From assembly GCA_041648935.1 (NCBI GenBank), contig JBAZOA010000001.1:2433-66432 (forward strand): a stretch of 64,000 bases of DNA, written 5' to 3'. Every line of letters begins with the position of its first letter. Position 1 is the stretch's first letter. This document shows, one piece after another, positions 9,177-17,635 of the stretch. The notes under the pieces are model-generated. The model worked only from the letters and a program-made list of their open reading frames with translations. It had not been told where the DNA came from and made no database searches. The position numbers were made by a program, and so were the translations under genes. The stretch is from Candidatus Omnitrophota bacterium. GTDB taxonomy: Bacteria > Omnitrophota > Gorgyraeia > Gorgyraeales > Gorgyraeaceae.

Positions 9177-9578
9177 CTATTCGCCGGAAACAACGTTCAG
9201 GAGGGATTCCTCCGCGAAGATCCGCGCCTTTGCCCTGACGGCTATCGCGATGCTGTCGCTGGGCCTGGAGTCCACTTCTATCACGCGGCCGTCCATCTCC
9301 ATGACCAGTTTGGCGAAATACGTGTTCTGCTCTAATTTCGTGATGACTACCTTCGTGATCTTGGCGCCCAATTGCCTGATGGCGTCATGCAATAAATCAT
9401 GGGTCATGGGCCTGGGGGGATTAATCCCGTTTATCTTCATCTTTATGGCCGTAACCTCCATTATGCCTATCACGATGGAAAGCATGCGGCTGCCGGCTTT
9501 TTCCTTCAGGACAATCACCTGCTCCCCCCTGTTTTCGTCTATCCGTATCTTTTTTAACTCCATCTCTATCATGGACAT
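9177..9578 (-). CDS. Bifunctional nuclease (DUF151/BFN) family protein
   Basis: 133 aa; the conserved core PRPMTHDLLHDAIRQLGAKITKVVI matches the BFN (DNase/RNase) family. Confidence 0.65.
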   Translation of the reverse strand: MSMIEMELKKIRIDENRGEQVIVLKEKAGSRMLSIVIGIMEVTAIKMKINGINPPRPMTHDLLHDAIRQLGAKITKVVITKLEQNTYFAKLVMEMDGRVIEVDSRPSDSIAIAVRAKARIFAEESLLNVVSGE

Positions 9579-9594
9579 GTCAAATCTCCTGCCC

Positions 9595-9634
9595 CTTAGT
9601 TGACAAAAGGAGTATTACTCATGTGTCAACTTAG
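9595..9634. repeat. E1 palindromic intergenic element, copy B (cttagttgaca-aaaggagtattactcatg-tgtcaacttag)
   Basis: 11-bp inverted arms with one T:T mismatch; 18-nt spacer contains AAAGGAG. Ends 2 nt before the stop of the 4Fe-4S gene and lies 16 nt upstream of the BFN nuclease ATG. Confidence 0.85.
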
Positions 9635-9636
9635 GA

Positions 9637-10236
9637 TTATGTGTTCAGGGTTATCTCTCTCCTGCATTTGGGACAAAGTATCTTGATCCTGTCCTGGCGG
9701 GTCAATTCTTTCGGCGCCTCGATATTCAGATACGCCAATCTCAGCTCTTTCAACGCGGATAGATACGCCGTGGGGCTTGAATACGCCAGGGCCCCTAATT
9801 TTTTCGCGACCCACACAAGGTGGTCTTTCGCCCCAACCACGCAATTACAACCCTCGCACAAAACAAGCTCTTTTTCAATCGATTCAACGGCGTCTTCCCT
9901 GTTAAATACGGCGAGGTCGAATTTATTCGATAATTTTATGCCTTCCTGCGTTATGCAGGCCGCCTGGCATTGTCCGCAGAATATACATCTGTCATAGCGC
10001 AGATCGAGCCTGCGGACAGGAGGATTTGAATCGATGGAATCCTTTACCTCTATGCACCCCGCGGGGCATACCTCGCTGCAGGCCTTGCAGCCGACGCATC
10101 CGTCCTTAAAATATTCCGGCTTGCCCCTGAAACGCTTGGCGGGCACGTGAGGCTTGGAAGGAAAACTTGTGGTATAGGGGCCTTTTATCAGCGCCCTGAC
10201 CGCCTCAGCCAGTTCTCTCAATTTCGGATATCTCAT
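9637..10236 (-). CDS. 4Fe-4S dicluster ferredoxin-type subunit of membrane-bound hydrogenase (NuoI/EchF/MbhN-like)
   Basis: CVGCKACSEVCPAGC and CIFCGQCQAAC motifs, plus extra Cys pairs (CEGCNC, CPKC). Start moved to MRYPKLREL, which overlaps the mrpG stop by ATGA. The long upstream ORF extension is low-complexity. Confidence 0.7.
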   Translation of the reverse strand: MRYPKLRELAEAVRALIKGPYTTSFPSKPHVPAKRFRGKPEYFKDGCVGCKACSEVCPAGCIEVKDSIDSNPPVRRLDLRYDRCIFCGQCQAACITQEGIKLSNKFDLAVFNREDAVESIEKELVLCEGCNCVVGAKDHLVWVAKKLGALAYSSPTAYLSALKELRLAYLNIEAPKELTRQDRIKILCPKCRREITLNT

Positions 10237-10526
10237 GACCGACCCTCTTTCAAACCTGACTTGCGGACCGCCCTGGCGAGCGCGTGGCTGGCCACCGGGG
10301 CGGTAAAAACTAAAAATAACGCCGTCACTATCGCCTTCACGCCCGCGGTGGAAAAACCTTTTAAAATAAAAGTGCCGAATAGAATAAGGCACGTCCCGAA
10401 TGTGACGCATTTGATCGCGGCCTGTATCCTGCTGTAAAAATCCGGGAAACGCGCGATACCGATACATCCTATGATATTAAAACCCAATCCAATGACGATA
10501 AAAGCCGTCCCTATCATCTCACTCAT
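10233..10526 (-). CDS. mrpG: Mrp/Mnh antiporter subunit G-like
   Basis: 97 aa, 3 TM helices, ARFPDFYSRIQAAIKCVTFG is the PhaG/MnhG signature. Confidence 0.75.
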   Translation of the reverse strand: MSEMIGTAFIVIGLGFNIIGCIGIARFPDFYSRIQAAIKCVTFGTCLILFGTFILKGFSTAGVKAIVTALFLVFTAPVASHALARAVRKSGLKEGRS

Positions 10527-10875
10527 CGAAACCTTTCCCTTCCAGATATTTCGCCAGGGCCAGCGCGCCTATGAAACTCTGAAGCGCCCACGCTATGGCG
10601 ATGTCCAGATACCAATCCCTTCCCGTGGGTATGCTGAGTATGGCGCAAAAACCCACTATCAGGATCCCCAGGGTCTCGATAGCCGCCGCCCTGTCGCCGG
10701 CGGCCGGGCCCGCTATGACCCTGAAGAGGCACATGGCGAAACTGAGCATGAGTATGAAAAAGCATCTCGCCAGAAAAGGCGACTGCCACGCCAATAAAGA
10801 CGGTATCGGATAGATCAGGACAAATAACATGATAACGCCGATAAACAAAAAACCTACCATCCAGCGCGCGTTCAT
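10519..10875 (-). CDS. mrpF: Mrp/Mnh antiporter subunit F-like
   Basis: 118 aa membrane protein with the GDRAAAIETLGILIV motif of MnhF/PhaF. Confidence 0.7.
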   Translation of the reverse strand: MNARWMVGFLFIGVIMLFVLIYPIPSLLAWQSPFLARCFFILMLSFAMCLFRVIAGPAAGDRAAAIETLGILIVGFCAILSIPTGRDWYLDIAIAWALQSFIGALALAKYLEGKGFDE

Positions 10876-11357
10876 TCGAATACCCTCTTTATTATGTTTT
10901 CTATTTTCCCGATCGCGGCGGCCGCGCCCCCCGACCCGATATCAAGACAATGCACGTGCATGACCCCGTTCTCGGCGTCCAGGTCCACAAAAAACACGCC
11001 CGGCATCAGAGTGATCGAATTCGCCAGAAAGGTGATCGCGGTGTCTGACCTTAGAACCGTCTTCACCCTGATCATGCCGGGATTAACGCGCGGCCGCGTG
11101 TCCAGCACCCTTAACGCCATGTCAACGTTCGCCTTCAGAAATTCCCAACTAAGCGCGGCCGCGTAAACCAAAAACCAGAAATATCTTTTTATCTGCCTGA
11201 AATTCTGAGGCCTTCTTATAAACAGATAGCTTGTCAGGCCCGTGACCACGGCGCTGACTATCACGCCGGCTATCACGTGCTGGGTATCGATGGGCCATGA
11301 TAAAAGCGCCCAGATCATGAAATAAATTATGAATAATATTATCTTGTTTAATATCAT
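10872..11357 (-). CDS. mrpE: Mrp/Mnh antiporter subunit E-like
   Basis: 161 aa; SITLMPGVFFVDLD matches the MnhE SITLTPGT motif. Confidence 0.75.
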   Translation of the reverse strand: MILNKIILFIIYFMIWALLSWPIDTQHVIAGVIVSAVVTGLTSYLFIRRPQNFRQIKRYFWFLVYAAALSWEFLKANVDMALRVLDTRPRVNPGMIRVKTVLRSDTAITFLANSITLMPGVFFVDLDAENGVMHVHCLDIGSGGAAAAIGKIENIIKRVFE

Positions 11358-12862
11358 CTCAATACCGCCTTCATCACTATGTTAGCGTAGCTGGTGCCTT
11401 TCAGTAAAACGCCTGAGGCGGTCTCGATAAAAAACCTGAAGGGGGGCAGAAGCATCAGGCCTCCCGCCGCGCACATGACCGCCAGACACACCATGGAAAT
11501 CTTCATCGTGAAAGACGCGTCTTTTACGCCCCTCATCCTGTCTTTTATCTCCCCCAGGAAAGCGAGCTTCCTCGCCTTCATCAGCGCGGACAAGGTGAAC
11601 ACGCTTCCTATTATCGCGCAGAGCGCGTAACCGAAATGCCCTGACTGGACACAGGCCGCGATTATGATAAGCTTGCTGAAAAATCCGCTGAAAGGGGGTA
11701 TGCCCGAGATTGACATGGACGCGATGAGATTCGTCTTTGAGGTAAGCGGCATCAGTTTATCCAATCCCCCCGCCTCTTTCAAGTCCCTCGTACCCGTCGA
11801 ATAATCCATCGCTCCCGCGTTCAAGAAAAGCAGGGACTTCATGACAGAGTGATTGAACAAATGGAAAAGCCCGCCGAACACCCCCAAAGGCGTGCCCAGG
11901 CTGATACCTAATATTATATATCCTATCTGGCTGATAGACGAATAAGCCAGCAGCCTCTTGAAATCCGACTGCCTCAAAGCGAGCATGCCGGCGATTATGA
12001 TAGAGATGACGCCGAAAAACATCAGGGCCTTTAAATATCCCTGGCCGGCGCCTATCACGTTAAATAAAATCCTGGTCAGGCTGTAAATCCCCAGGGTCTT
12101 TATCAAAACCCCGGAAAGCATCGCCGATATGGAGGCCGGGGCCGAGGAATGCGCGTCAGGGAGCCACGCGTGAAACGGGATCAGGGCCGCCTTTAAACTG
12201 AAACCTGCCAGAAACAGGACACCGGCAAACGGCACTACCCAGACGCTGTGCCTGTAACTCAGCACCCTGGCCATGTCCGCCATGTTCAAGGTTGACGTGA
12301 AACTGTAAAGGAGCGCTATGCCCATGAATATGAAACTCGACGCGACCGAACCCATGACGGCGTATTTAAAAGACGCCTCCAGCTCTTCCTCTCCCGTGCC
12401 GAAGGCCACCAGGGCGTAACTCGCCACTGAGGCCACCTCCAGGAACACGAAAAGATTGAACATGTCGCCTGTCATGGCCACGCCGTTCATGCCGCACACC
12501 ATCAGAGAAAATAGGATGAAAAATTTCGGCTTGTCCGTGTATTTTTCCATGTAACCGACAGAATACACGGCGACGAAAAACGCCACGAGATTAACTACCA
12601 CCAGCATCAGGCCGCTGAACCCGTCCAGCACCATGCATATGCCGAAAGGCGGGGCCCACCCGCCCAGCTTGTAAACCAATATCTTGTCCGGCGCGGACTC
12701 AAGCAGGATTCTCGCGTATACGGAAAGGCCAAGCATGAGTCCCGAGCTCACGACCGTCATCACTTCGGCGAACCGCCTCATGTATCTGCCGAACAGGGAA
12801 TTAAGGAACGCGGCGGCAAGGGGCACTATCACGAATAAAGGTATCATATTCAGGGCTTTCAT
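11354..12862 (-). CDS. mrpD: Mrp subunit D / NuoN-like proton-translocating membrane subunit (complex I subunit 2/4/5 family)
   Basis: 502 aa, ~14 TM helices, conserved antiporter-module motifs (HAWLPDAH). Confidence 0.8.
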   Translation of the reverse strand: MKALNMIPLFVIVPLAAAFLNSLFGRYMRRFAEVMTVVSSGLMLGLSVYARILLESAPDKILVYKLGGWAPPFGICMVLDGFSGLMLVVVNLVAFFVAVYSVGYMEKYTDKPKFFILFSLMVCGMNGVAMTGDMFNLFVFLEVASVASYALVAFGTGEEELEASFKYAVMGSVASSFIFMGIALLYSFTSTLNMADMARVLSYRHSVWVVPFAGVLFLAGFSLKAALIPFHAWLPDAHSSAPASISAMLSGVLIKTLGIYSLTRILFNVIGAGQGYLKALMFFGVISIIIAGMLALRQSDFKRLLAYSSISQIGYIILGISLGTPLGVFGGLFHLFNHSVMKSLLFLNAGAMDYSTGTRDLKEAGGLDKLMPLTSKTNLIASMSISGIPPFSGFFSKLIIIAACVQSGHFGYALCAIIGSVFTLSALMKARKLAFLGEIKDRMRGVKDASFTMKISMVCLAVMCAAGGLMLLPPFRFFIETASGVLLKGTSYANIVMKAVLR

Positions 12863-12865
12863 TTC

Positions 12866-13204
12866 TTATCCTTTAAGCCTCCGTATCTTGGTGATATCCA
12901 GGGTGCCGTATTTTTCGTACAGCCTGATGCTGATGGCGATCAAAAGCGCCATTACCGCGAGACCTATGACGATAGAAGTCATGACCAGCGCCTGCGGGAT
13001 TGGGTCAACCATATTGACTATGCCCTGATCATGGGCGTCTATGGGCGCCCTTCCGCGGAACTTGTATCCCAACAATACAAAAAACAAGTTGACCGAATAA
13101 CTCATTATCGCGATGCCCATGATTATCTTGACGATATTGCGCTTGCGCAAGACACCGTAAAGGCCGATAGAAAACAATATAAAGCATAAAAAATAAAGGG
13201 TCAT
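12866..13204 (-). CDS. mrpC: Mrp subunit C / NuoK-like
   Basis: 112 aa, 3 TM helices, typical NuoK/MnhC pattern. Confidence 0.8.
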   Translation of the reverse strand: MTLYFLCFILFSIGLYGVLRKRNIVKIIMGIAIMSYSVNLFFVLLGYKFRGRAPIDAHDQGIVNMVDPIPQALVMTSIVIGLAVMALLIAISIRLYEKYGTLDITKIRRLKG

Positions 13205-13205
13205 G

Positions 13206-13652
13206 TTATTTCCTCGACCTTTCCAAAATCACCAGGGCTAGAAAAATGGCGAACAGGCCGACGCCCACCTTCAGCCCTATGGATATATTGCTCAGGGGTA
13301 TGGTGCCGGCGCTGAACAGGTTGAACGCCTCGCCCTTTGTCATCACGTTCATGAAAAACGTGCCCCCGAAAAACCCCAGGAGCGCCACCGCCAGAAACAT
13401 GACCGCGCCCACGGTCTCCAGTTTAGAGGCGACATTCTCCGAGATCCTCGATAACCTTGTTTCCTTGCCAAAGGCGATCAATAGATTAACAAACGCGAGC
13501 GCTATGATCACCCCTCCCGCGAAACCGCCTCCCGGGGCAAGATGCCCGTGCAGGATGATGTGCAGCCCGAAGATCAGGATGATGCCGGCTGTCAGGCGGC
13601 TCGCCGTCTTCACCACCAAAGACATATCTTCCCTTGAATAGTTACCCGTCAT
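13206..13652 (-). CDS. mrpB: Mrp subunit B (MnhB domain) protein
   Basis: GHLAPGGGFAGGVI is the MnhB signature. Confidence 0.7.
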   Translation of the reverse strand: MTGNYSREDMSLVVKTASRLTAGIILIFGLHIILHGHLAPGGGFAGGVIIALAFVNLLIAFGKETRLSRISENVASKLETVGAVMFLAVALLGFFGGTFFMNVMTKGEAFNLFSAGTIPLSNISIGLKVGVGLFAIFLALVILERSRK

Positions 13653-14179
13653 GCCGCGTCTCCATGATTCTTCTTGCCTGGTTTTCGCAAAACCGCCATT
13701 ATGCCTATTATGGCGGTGAATAAGACCGCGACCTCTCCCAGCGTGTCATACGCCCGGAAGTCCAGCACTGTCGCGCTCACCAGATTAACGGCTCCCGTTT
13801 TATTGACCCCTTCCTCTATGTATTTCCTGACGACCTCCATCAGGGGATTGCCGAAAGACGGCAATTCTCTCAGGGCCAGCCAGCTGAACGAAAGAAATAC
13901 GCAAAGGAAGATAACCGTCGTGAAAGTATTGAAGACCCAGCGGCCCTCTACCACCAGGGGCAGGTCCTTTCTTATGGTCGCCCTGATCAATATTATCAGG
14001 CATAATAATTCCACCACGAGCTGGGTTATGGCCAGATCTGGCGCCTTCAGCATCAAAAAAGCGAGACAAAGGGCGAACCCCACGGCGCCGAGAGAGATGA
14101 CGCTCGAAAACAGGTCTTTCACCTCCATCGCCGTTATCGCGGCGAATATCATGAATAATAAAAGTATGTGCAGTTCCAT
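13649..14179 (-). CDS. MrpA C-terminal-like (DUF4040/MbhD-like) membrane subunit
   Basis: LKAPDLAITQLVVE motif of DUF4040; 176 aa, 5 TM helices; lies between mrpA and mrpB. Confidence 0.55.
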   Translation of the reverse strand: MELHILLLFMIFAAITAMEVKDLFSSVISLGAVGFALCLAFLMLKAPDLAITQLVVELLCLIILIRATIRKDLPLVVEGRWVFNTFTTVIFLCVFLSFSWLALRELPSFGNPLMEVVRKYIEEGVNKTGAVNLVSATVLDFRAYDTLGEVAVLFTAIIGIMAVLRKPGKKNHGDAA

Positions 14180-14180
14180 G

Positions 14181-15959
14181 TCATTTCACCAAAAATAAAA
14201 ACAGCCCCATCATGCCCAATAACGCCCACACCAGATAAGTCGGCAAGACCCCGTTATGCAGATATTGGAAAAATCTCCCGAAACCAAGCGTGATATTTTT
14301 TCCCTGTTCATAGATATCGAAAAATCCGGTTTCCGCCTTTTTATAGATACCCCGCAGCATGCCGTGTTCTTTCACGGTGTTATAAAATTCCGTCCCGGAA
14401 AGCCTCATCTCATCCGATATCTCCTCTCCCCCTATGTAAGGAGGACTTTCCCTGACGCCTTTGAAATTCCCCATAAAACATATCAATACCCCCGCCCCCA
14501 GGCCCGTCAACAAAAACAAGGCGGCTTTTATGGACGGCCAAGCGCCTATGAATGCCAAACCGCCCGGCAACACCGGGATTATCAGATACCTTAACGGGAC
14601 GATATAAGCGAACACGCCGAACACAATGCATAAAACCGCCAGAATCACGACTGGAAGCCACATCTGCCACGGCACCTCACGAGCCAAACCGTGTTTTCTC
14701 GGGCCTAAAAAGACGCCGTTTATCAATTTTACGGACGCCGCCACCGCCAATCCGCTCCCAAACATCGCCGCTACCAGACAAAATATCCATAACACGCCGC
14801 CCTCGCTCCCTTTTTCCACCAGGGCCTGATAGATCATCCACTTTGAGAAGAATCCGTTGAAAGGAGGTATGCCGGACATGGCGAAAAACGCCGTGAGCGC
14901 CGTCATAAACGACAACGGCATCATCTTCGCGAACCCGCCCAGACGGTCCAGGTCGGAATCATTGGCCCTGTACTCGACGTTTCCACAGGACAAGAACAGG
15001 CACGATTTATAGATAGCGTGGTTGACCATGTGGAACAGCCCGCCCGCCAGGCCGATCACGCTGCCCGTACCTATCCCGAGCACTATATACCCTACCTGGC
15101 TTATCGCGCAAAAACTCAGAAGTTTCTTGAAATCATTCTGGACCAGGGCCGCCATGGCCCCGGCCATTATAGTTATCACCCCTATTATCATCAACAGCGC
15201 GCGGGAAAAATTATCAAGTACGAACACGTTCATGACCAATCTCGCCAATAAATATATCCCCAGCAGTTTATCAAGGGAAGCGGGGAGAAACGCTGTCACC
15301 GTAATCGGCGCCTCTTTGGCCGTATCGGGTATCCATGAATGAAAAGGCATGGCCCCGGCTTTGGCGAACGCTCCAATCGCGATGAATAGGAACGCCCAGA
15401 AAGAAAGCGGGTTATCTATCTCCACCCTTATGCCGCTTAAGCTCAAAGAACCCGTGATGCGCCATAATAGGGCGAAACCCAGTATCATGAAACCGTCTGA
15501 ACCGGCCACTATTATCAGGGTCTTCTTGCTTATAGCCGCTGAGCGCGCGCCCGAGACATTGATGAGAGTATAAAGCAAAAGGCCTAAAAACCCCCAGGCG
15601 GCGATCAGTAAAATAACATTATTCGAGACCGAGGCCAATAAAGAAATCCCTATGGTCCATATCACGCAGGCGTAATAAGACGATACGTCTTTATACGACG
15701 ACATGGACCGCGTTGAATACAGGGTGACGAGCGCCCCGAAAAAGCCTATGCCCAGCGCTATGAATCTGGAGAGGGAATCCACGTATAAGAAATCAGCTTC
15801 TATGGGCGCCTTCAAGAAGATCCTGATTGACGCCGCCAATAGGTACAGAGAGGTAACCAAGCTAAAGCCCTCTGTCATCTTCCTGAAGGTCTTTGGAAGG
15901 ACGAGGATAAACAGCCCCGCGATTATCGAAACCAGTATTGGCTGTAACAATACGCCCAT
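14181..15959 (-). CDS. mrpA: Mrp subunit A / NuoL-like proton-translocating membrane subunit
   Basis: 592 aa polytopic protein of the complex I subunit 5 family (HSWIPD motif). Ends 1 nt before the hydrogenase large-subunit stop. Confidence 0.8.
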   Translation of the reverse strand: MGVLLQPILVSIIAGLFILVLPKTFRKMTEGFSLVTSLYLLAASIRIFLKAPIEADFLYVDSLSRFIALGIGFFGALVTLYSTRSMSSYKDVSSYYACVIWTIGISLLASVSNNVILLIAAWGFLGLLLYTLINVSGARSAAISKKTLIIVAGSDGFMILGFALLWRITGSLSLSGIRVEIDNPLSFWAFLFIAIGAFAKAGAMPFHSWIPDTAKEAPITVTAFLPASLDKLLGIYLLARLVMNVFVLDNFSRALLMIIGVITIMAGAMAALVQNDFKKLLSFCAISQVGYIVLGIGTGSVIGLAGGLFHMVNHAIYKSCLFLSCGNVEYRANDSDLDRLGGFAKMMPLSFMTALTAFFAMSGIPPFNGFFSKWMIYQALVEKGSEGGVLWIFCLVAAMFGSGLAVAASVKLINGVFLGPRKHGLAREVPWQMWLPVVILAVLCIVFGVFAYIVPLRYLIIPVLPGGLAFIGAWPSIKAALFLLTGLGAGVLICFMGNFKGVRESPPYIGGEEISDEMRLSGTEFYNTVKEHGMLRGIYKKAETGFFDIYEQGKNITLGFGRFFQYLHNGVLPTYLVWALLGMMGLFLFLVK

Positions 15960-15960
15960 T

Positions 15961-17136
15961 CTATGTCTTTCTCATCCTCTCTGTCTTTTCCTGCGAAAGC
16001 CTGACCAGGTCCTGTCCGGTCATGACCTTTTTACCCGTCCCGCGATCGACCACGGTGACGCGCTCGGTGCAGCAATAACATGGATCGACGGCCGCCAGGA
16101 TTATGGTGGCGTCCGATATGGTCTGGCCCACCACGGCCTTTTTATTGGACGCGATGTTCATGAAGCTCGGCGCCCGTATCTTGTGCCTTGAGGGCGTGTT
16201 TGTCCCGTCTGACATTATGTAATGCGCCACTTCGCCTCTCGGCGCCTCGTGCCTGCCTATGCCCTCGCCCACAGGCATGTCTTTTATGGCCGCGTCTATC
16301 GGGCCGTCCGGCATCTTATCGAGACATTGCGTTATTATGCTCACCGATTCATAAAGTTCCAATACCCTGACAACGGTCTTACTGAACACGTCGCCTTTTT
16401 CCTGCGTCACCACGTTCCACTTCACCTTATCATAGGCCGCGTAGGGATCGTCTTTTCTCACGTCGATCGCGACGCCTGAGGCCCTCGCCGTGGGACCCAC
16501 GACGCAATATGTCTTCACGTCGTCTTTCGTGAGCACCCCGACGCCCTCGGTCCTGGCGCGTATCACGGGGTCGTCCATTATGGCCCCCTTGAACATGTCA
16601 AACTTGGAAAGCAGGCCCTGGAGCGTCTTTTTTATCCACGGGAAATCTTCTTTGGACATGTCCCTTCTGACCCCGCCCGGCTTCATCATGGCGTAATTCT
16701 GCCTGTTACCCGCCACGCATTCGAATATATCCAGCACGGATTCCCTGTATTTCCACGCCCACATCCAAACCGTATTATACCCCAGAAAATGCCCCGCCAG
16801 CCCGAGCCAAAGGAGATGACTGTGTATCCTCTCGAGCTCTCCTATCACGGTCCTTATGTAAAGCGCCCTTTCAGGCGGGTCCTTGGCCAGGAGGTCGTCA
16901 ATGGCGTTCACGTAAGCGAATGGATGCGAGGTCGAGCATATCCCGCAGATCCTTTCCACTAAAAACGTCGCCTGGTCATAACTCTTTGATTCGGATATCT
17001 TCTCGATCAGGCGGTGGTTATAACCGATATCTATGTCTATGTCGACCACTGTCTCGCCTTCGACGTGCAACTTGAAAAATTCAGGCTCTTCCTGCAGCGG
17101 ATGGTACGGTCCTATGGGTATGATCTTGCGCGCCAT
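15961..17136 (-). CDS. Group 4 [NiFe]-hydrogenase large (catalytic) subunit (NuoD/EchE/MbhL-like)
   Basis: N-terminal NiFe motif RICGICSTSH (RxCGxCxxxH) and C-terminal DPCYCCTER (DPCxxC). Confidence 0.85.
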   Translation of the reverse strand: MARKIIPIGPYHPLQEEPEFFKLHVEGETVVDIDIDIGYNHRLIEKISESKSYDQATFLVERICGICSTSHPFAYVNAIDDLLAKDPPERALYIRTVIGELERIHSHLLWLGLAGHFLGYNTVWMWAWKYRESVLDIFECVAGNRQNYAMMKPGGVRRDMSKEDFPWIKKTLQGLLSKFDMFKGAIMDDPVIRARTEGVGVLTKDDVKTYCVVGPTARASGVAIDVRKDDPYAAYDKVKWNVVTQEKGDVFSKTVVRVLELYESVSIITQCLDKMPDGPIDAAIKDMPVGEGIGRHEAPRGEVAHYIMSDGTNTPSRHKIRAPSFMNIASNKKAVVGQTISDATIILAAVDPCYCCTERVTVVDRGTGKKVMTGQDLVRLSQEKTERMRKT

Positions 17137-17571
17137 TTATCGATCTCTCCTTAAAGGATAATTGCCTTTCGGCCAGTCCTCTTTTAAAAGCAGGTGCCTC
17201 AGGTTCGGATGGCCCTTAAAATTAACTCCGAGCATCTCGTGTATCTCCATCTCTATCCACTCCGCGCCTTTCATGACGCCTGTCAACGTTTCCGTCTCGG
17301 GCTCCGGCTTAGCCAAAATAACCCGGAGAGAGACAATAAGCCCTGTCTCGTCTATCGAAAAGTGATAGAGTATCTCTATCGCCTTTCTGGTGTCCACTCC
17401 TGACGCGGTAATGAATCTGGCGCCCGCGTCATTATAAAGATACTTGACCAGCGGGACCAGCGCTGGATTGGAAACGGTAAAATAAATCCTGTTCTTCGAC
17501 CTGTCCTGGAAATCCAGGATGTCTTTTCCCGCGCGCACCTTTATGTTCTCTATTATCTCCTGTCTTTTCAT
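17137..17571 (-). CDS. NuoC/EchD/MbhK-like hydrogenase subunit (30 kDa subunit family)
   Basis: 144 aa NuoC-family fold, immediately upstream of the large subunit. Confidence 0.7.
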   Translation of the reverse strand: MKRQEIIENIKVRAGKDILDFQDRSKNRIYFTVSNPALVPLVKYLYNDAGARFITASGVDTRKAIEILYHFSIDETGLIVSLRVILAKPEPETETLTGVMKGAEWIEMEIHEMLGVNFKGHPNLRHLLLKEDWPKGNYPLRRDR

Positions 17572-17595
17572 TTTAACACCCTTGTCATTGCGAAC

Positions 17596-17635
17596 AGCAA
17601 CAGTAGAGGAGGTTTAAACCTCCTCTACTGTTGCT
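17596..17635. repeat. E2 perfect palindrome, copy 1 (AGCAACAGTAGAGGAGG-TTTAAA-CCTCCTCTACTGTTGCT)
   Basis: 40-bp perfect palindrome. Overlaps the NuoB-like stop codon by 2 nt and lies 24 nt upstream of the NuoC-like ATG. Related to the copy at 20289. Confidence 0.9.

Noticed and set aside
9595-9634. Reading the E1 element as a sigma-70 promoter because it contains perfect TTGACA hexamers on both strands
   Set aside because: No -10-like hexamer lies 16-18 nt downstream of either TTGACA; the position is occupied by the other arm, TGTCAA. Two copies are also intra-operonic. Kept as a repeat or regulatory palindrome instead.
9997-10467. Long N-terminal extensions in the ORF track for the NuoI-like ferredoxin (to 10467), the NuoH-like subunit (to 19135), hypE (to 24137), the UPF0280-like gene (to 22718), the hypF-like gene (to 26615) and the HTH protein (to 35814)
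   Set aside because: The extensions are Arg/Pro/Gly-rich low-complexity translations of the 3' ends of upstream genes in another frame. Conserved family N-termini such as MKKITLSHGSGG and MIRYLF begin at internal Mets that produce ATGA-type overlaps with the upstream stop. Shorter starts were used.
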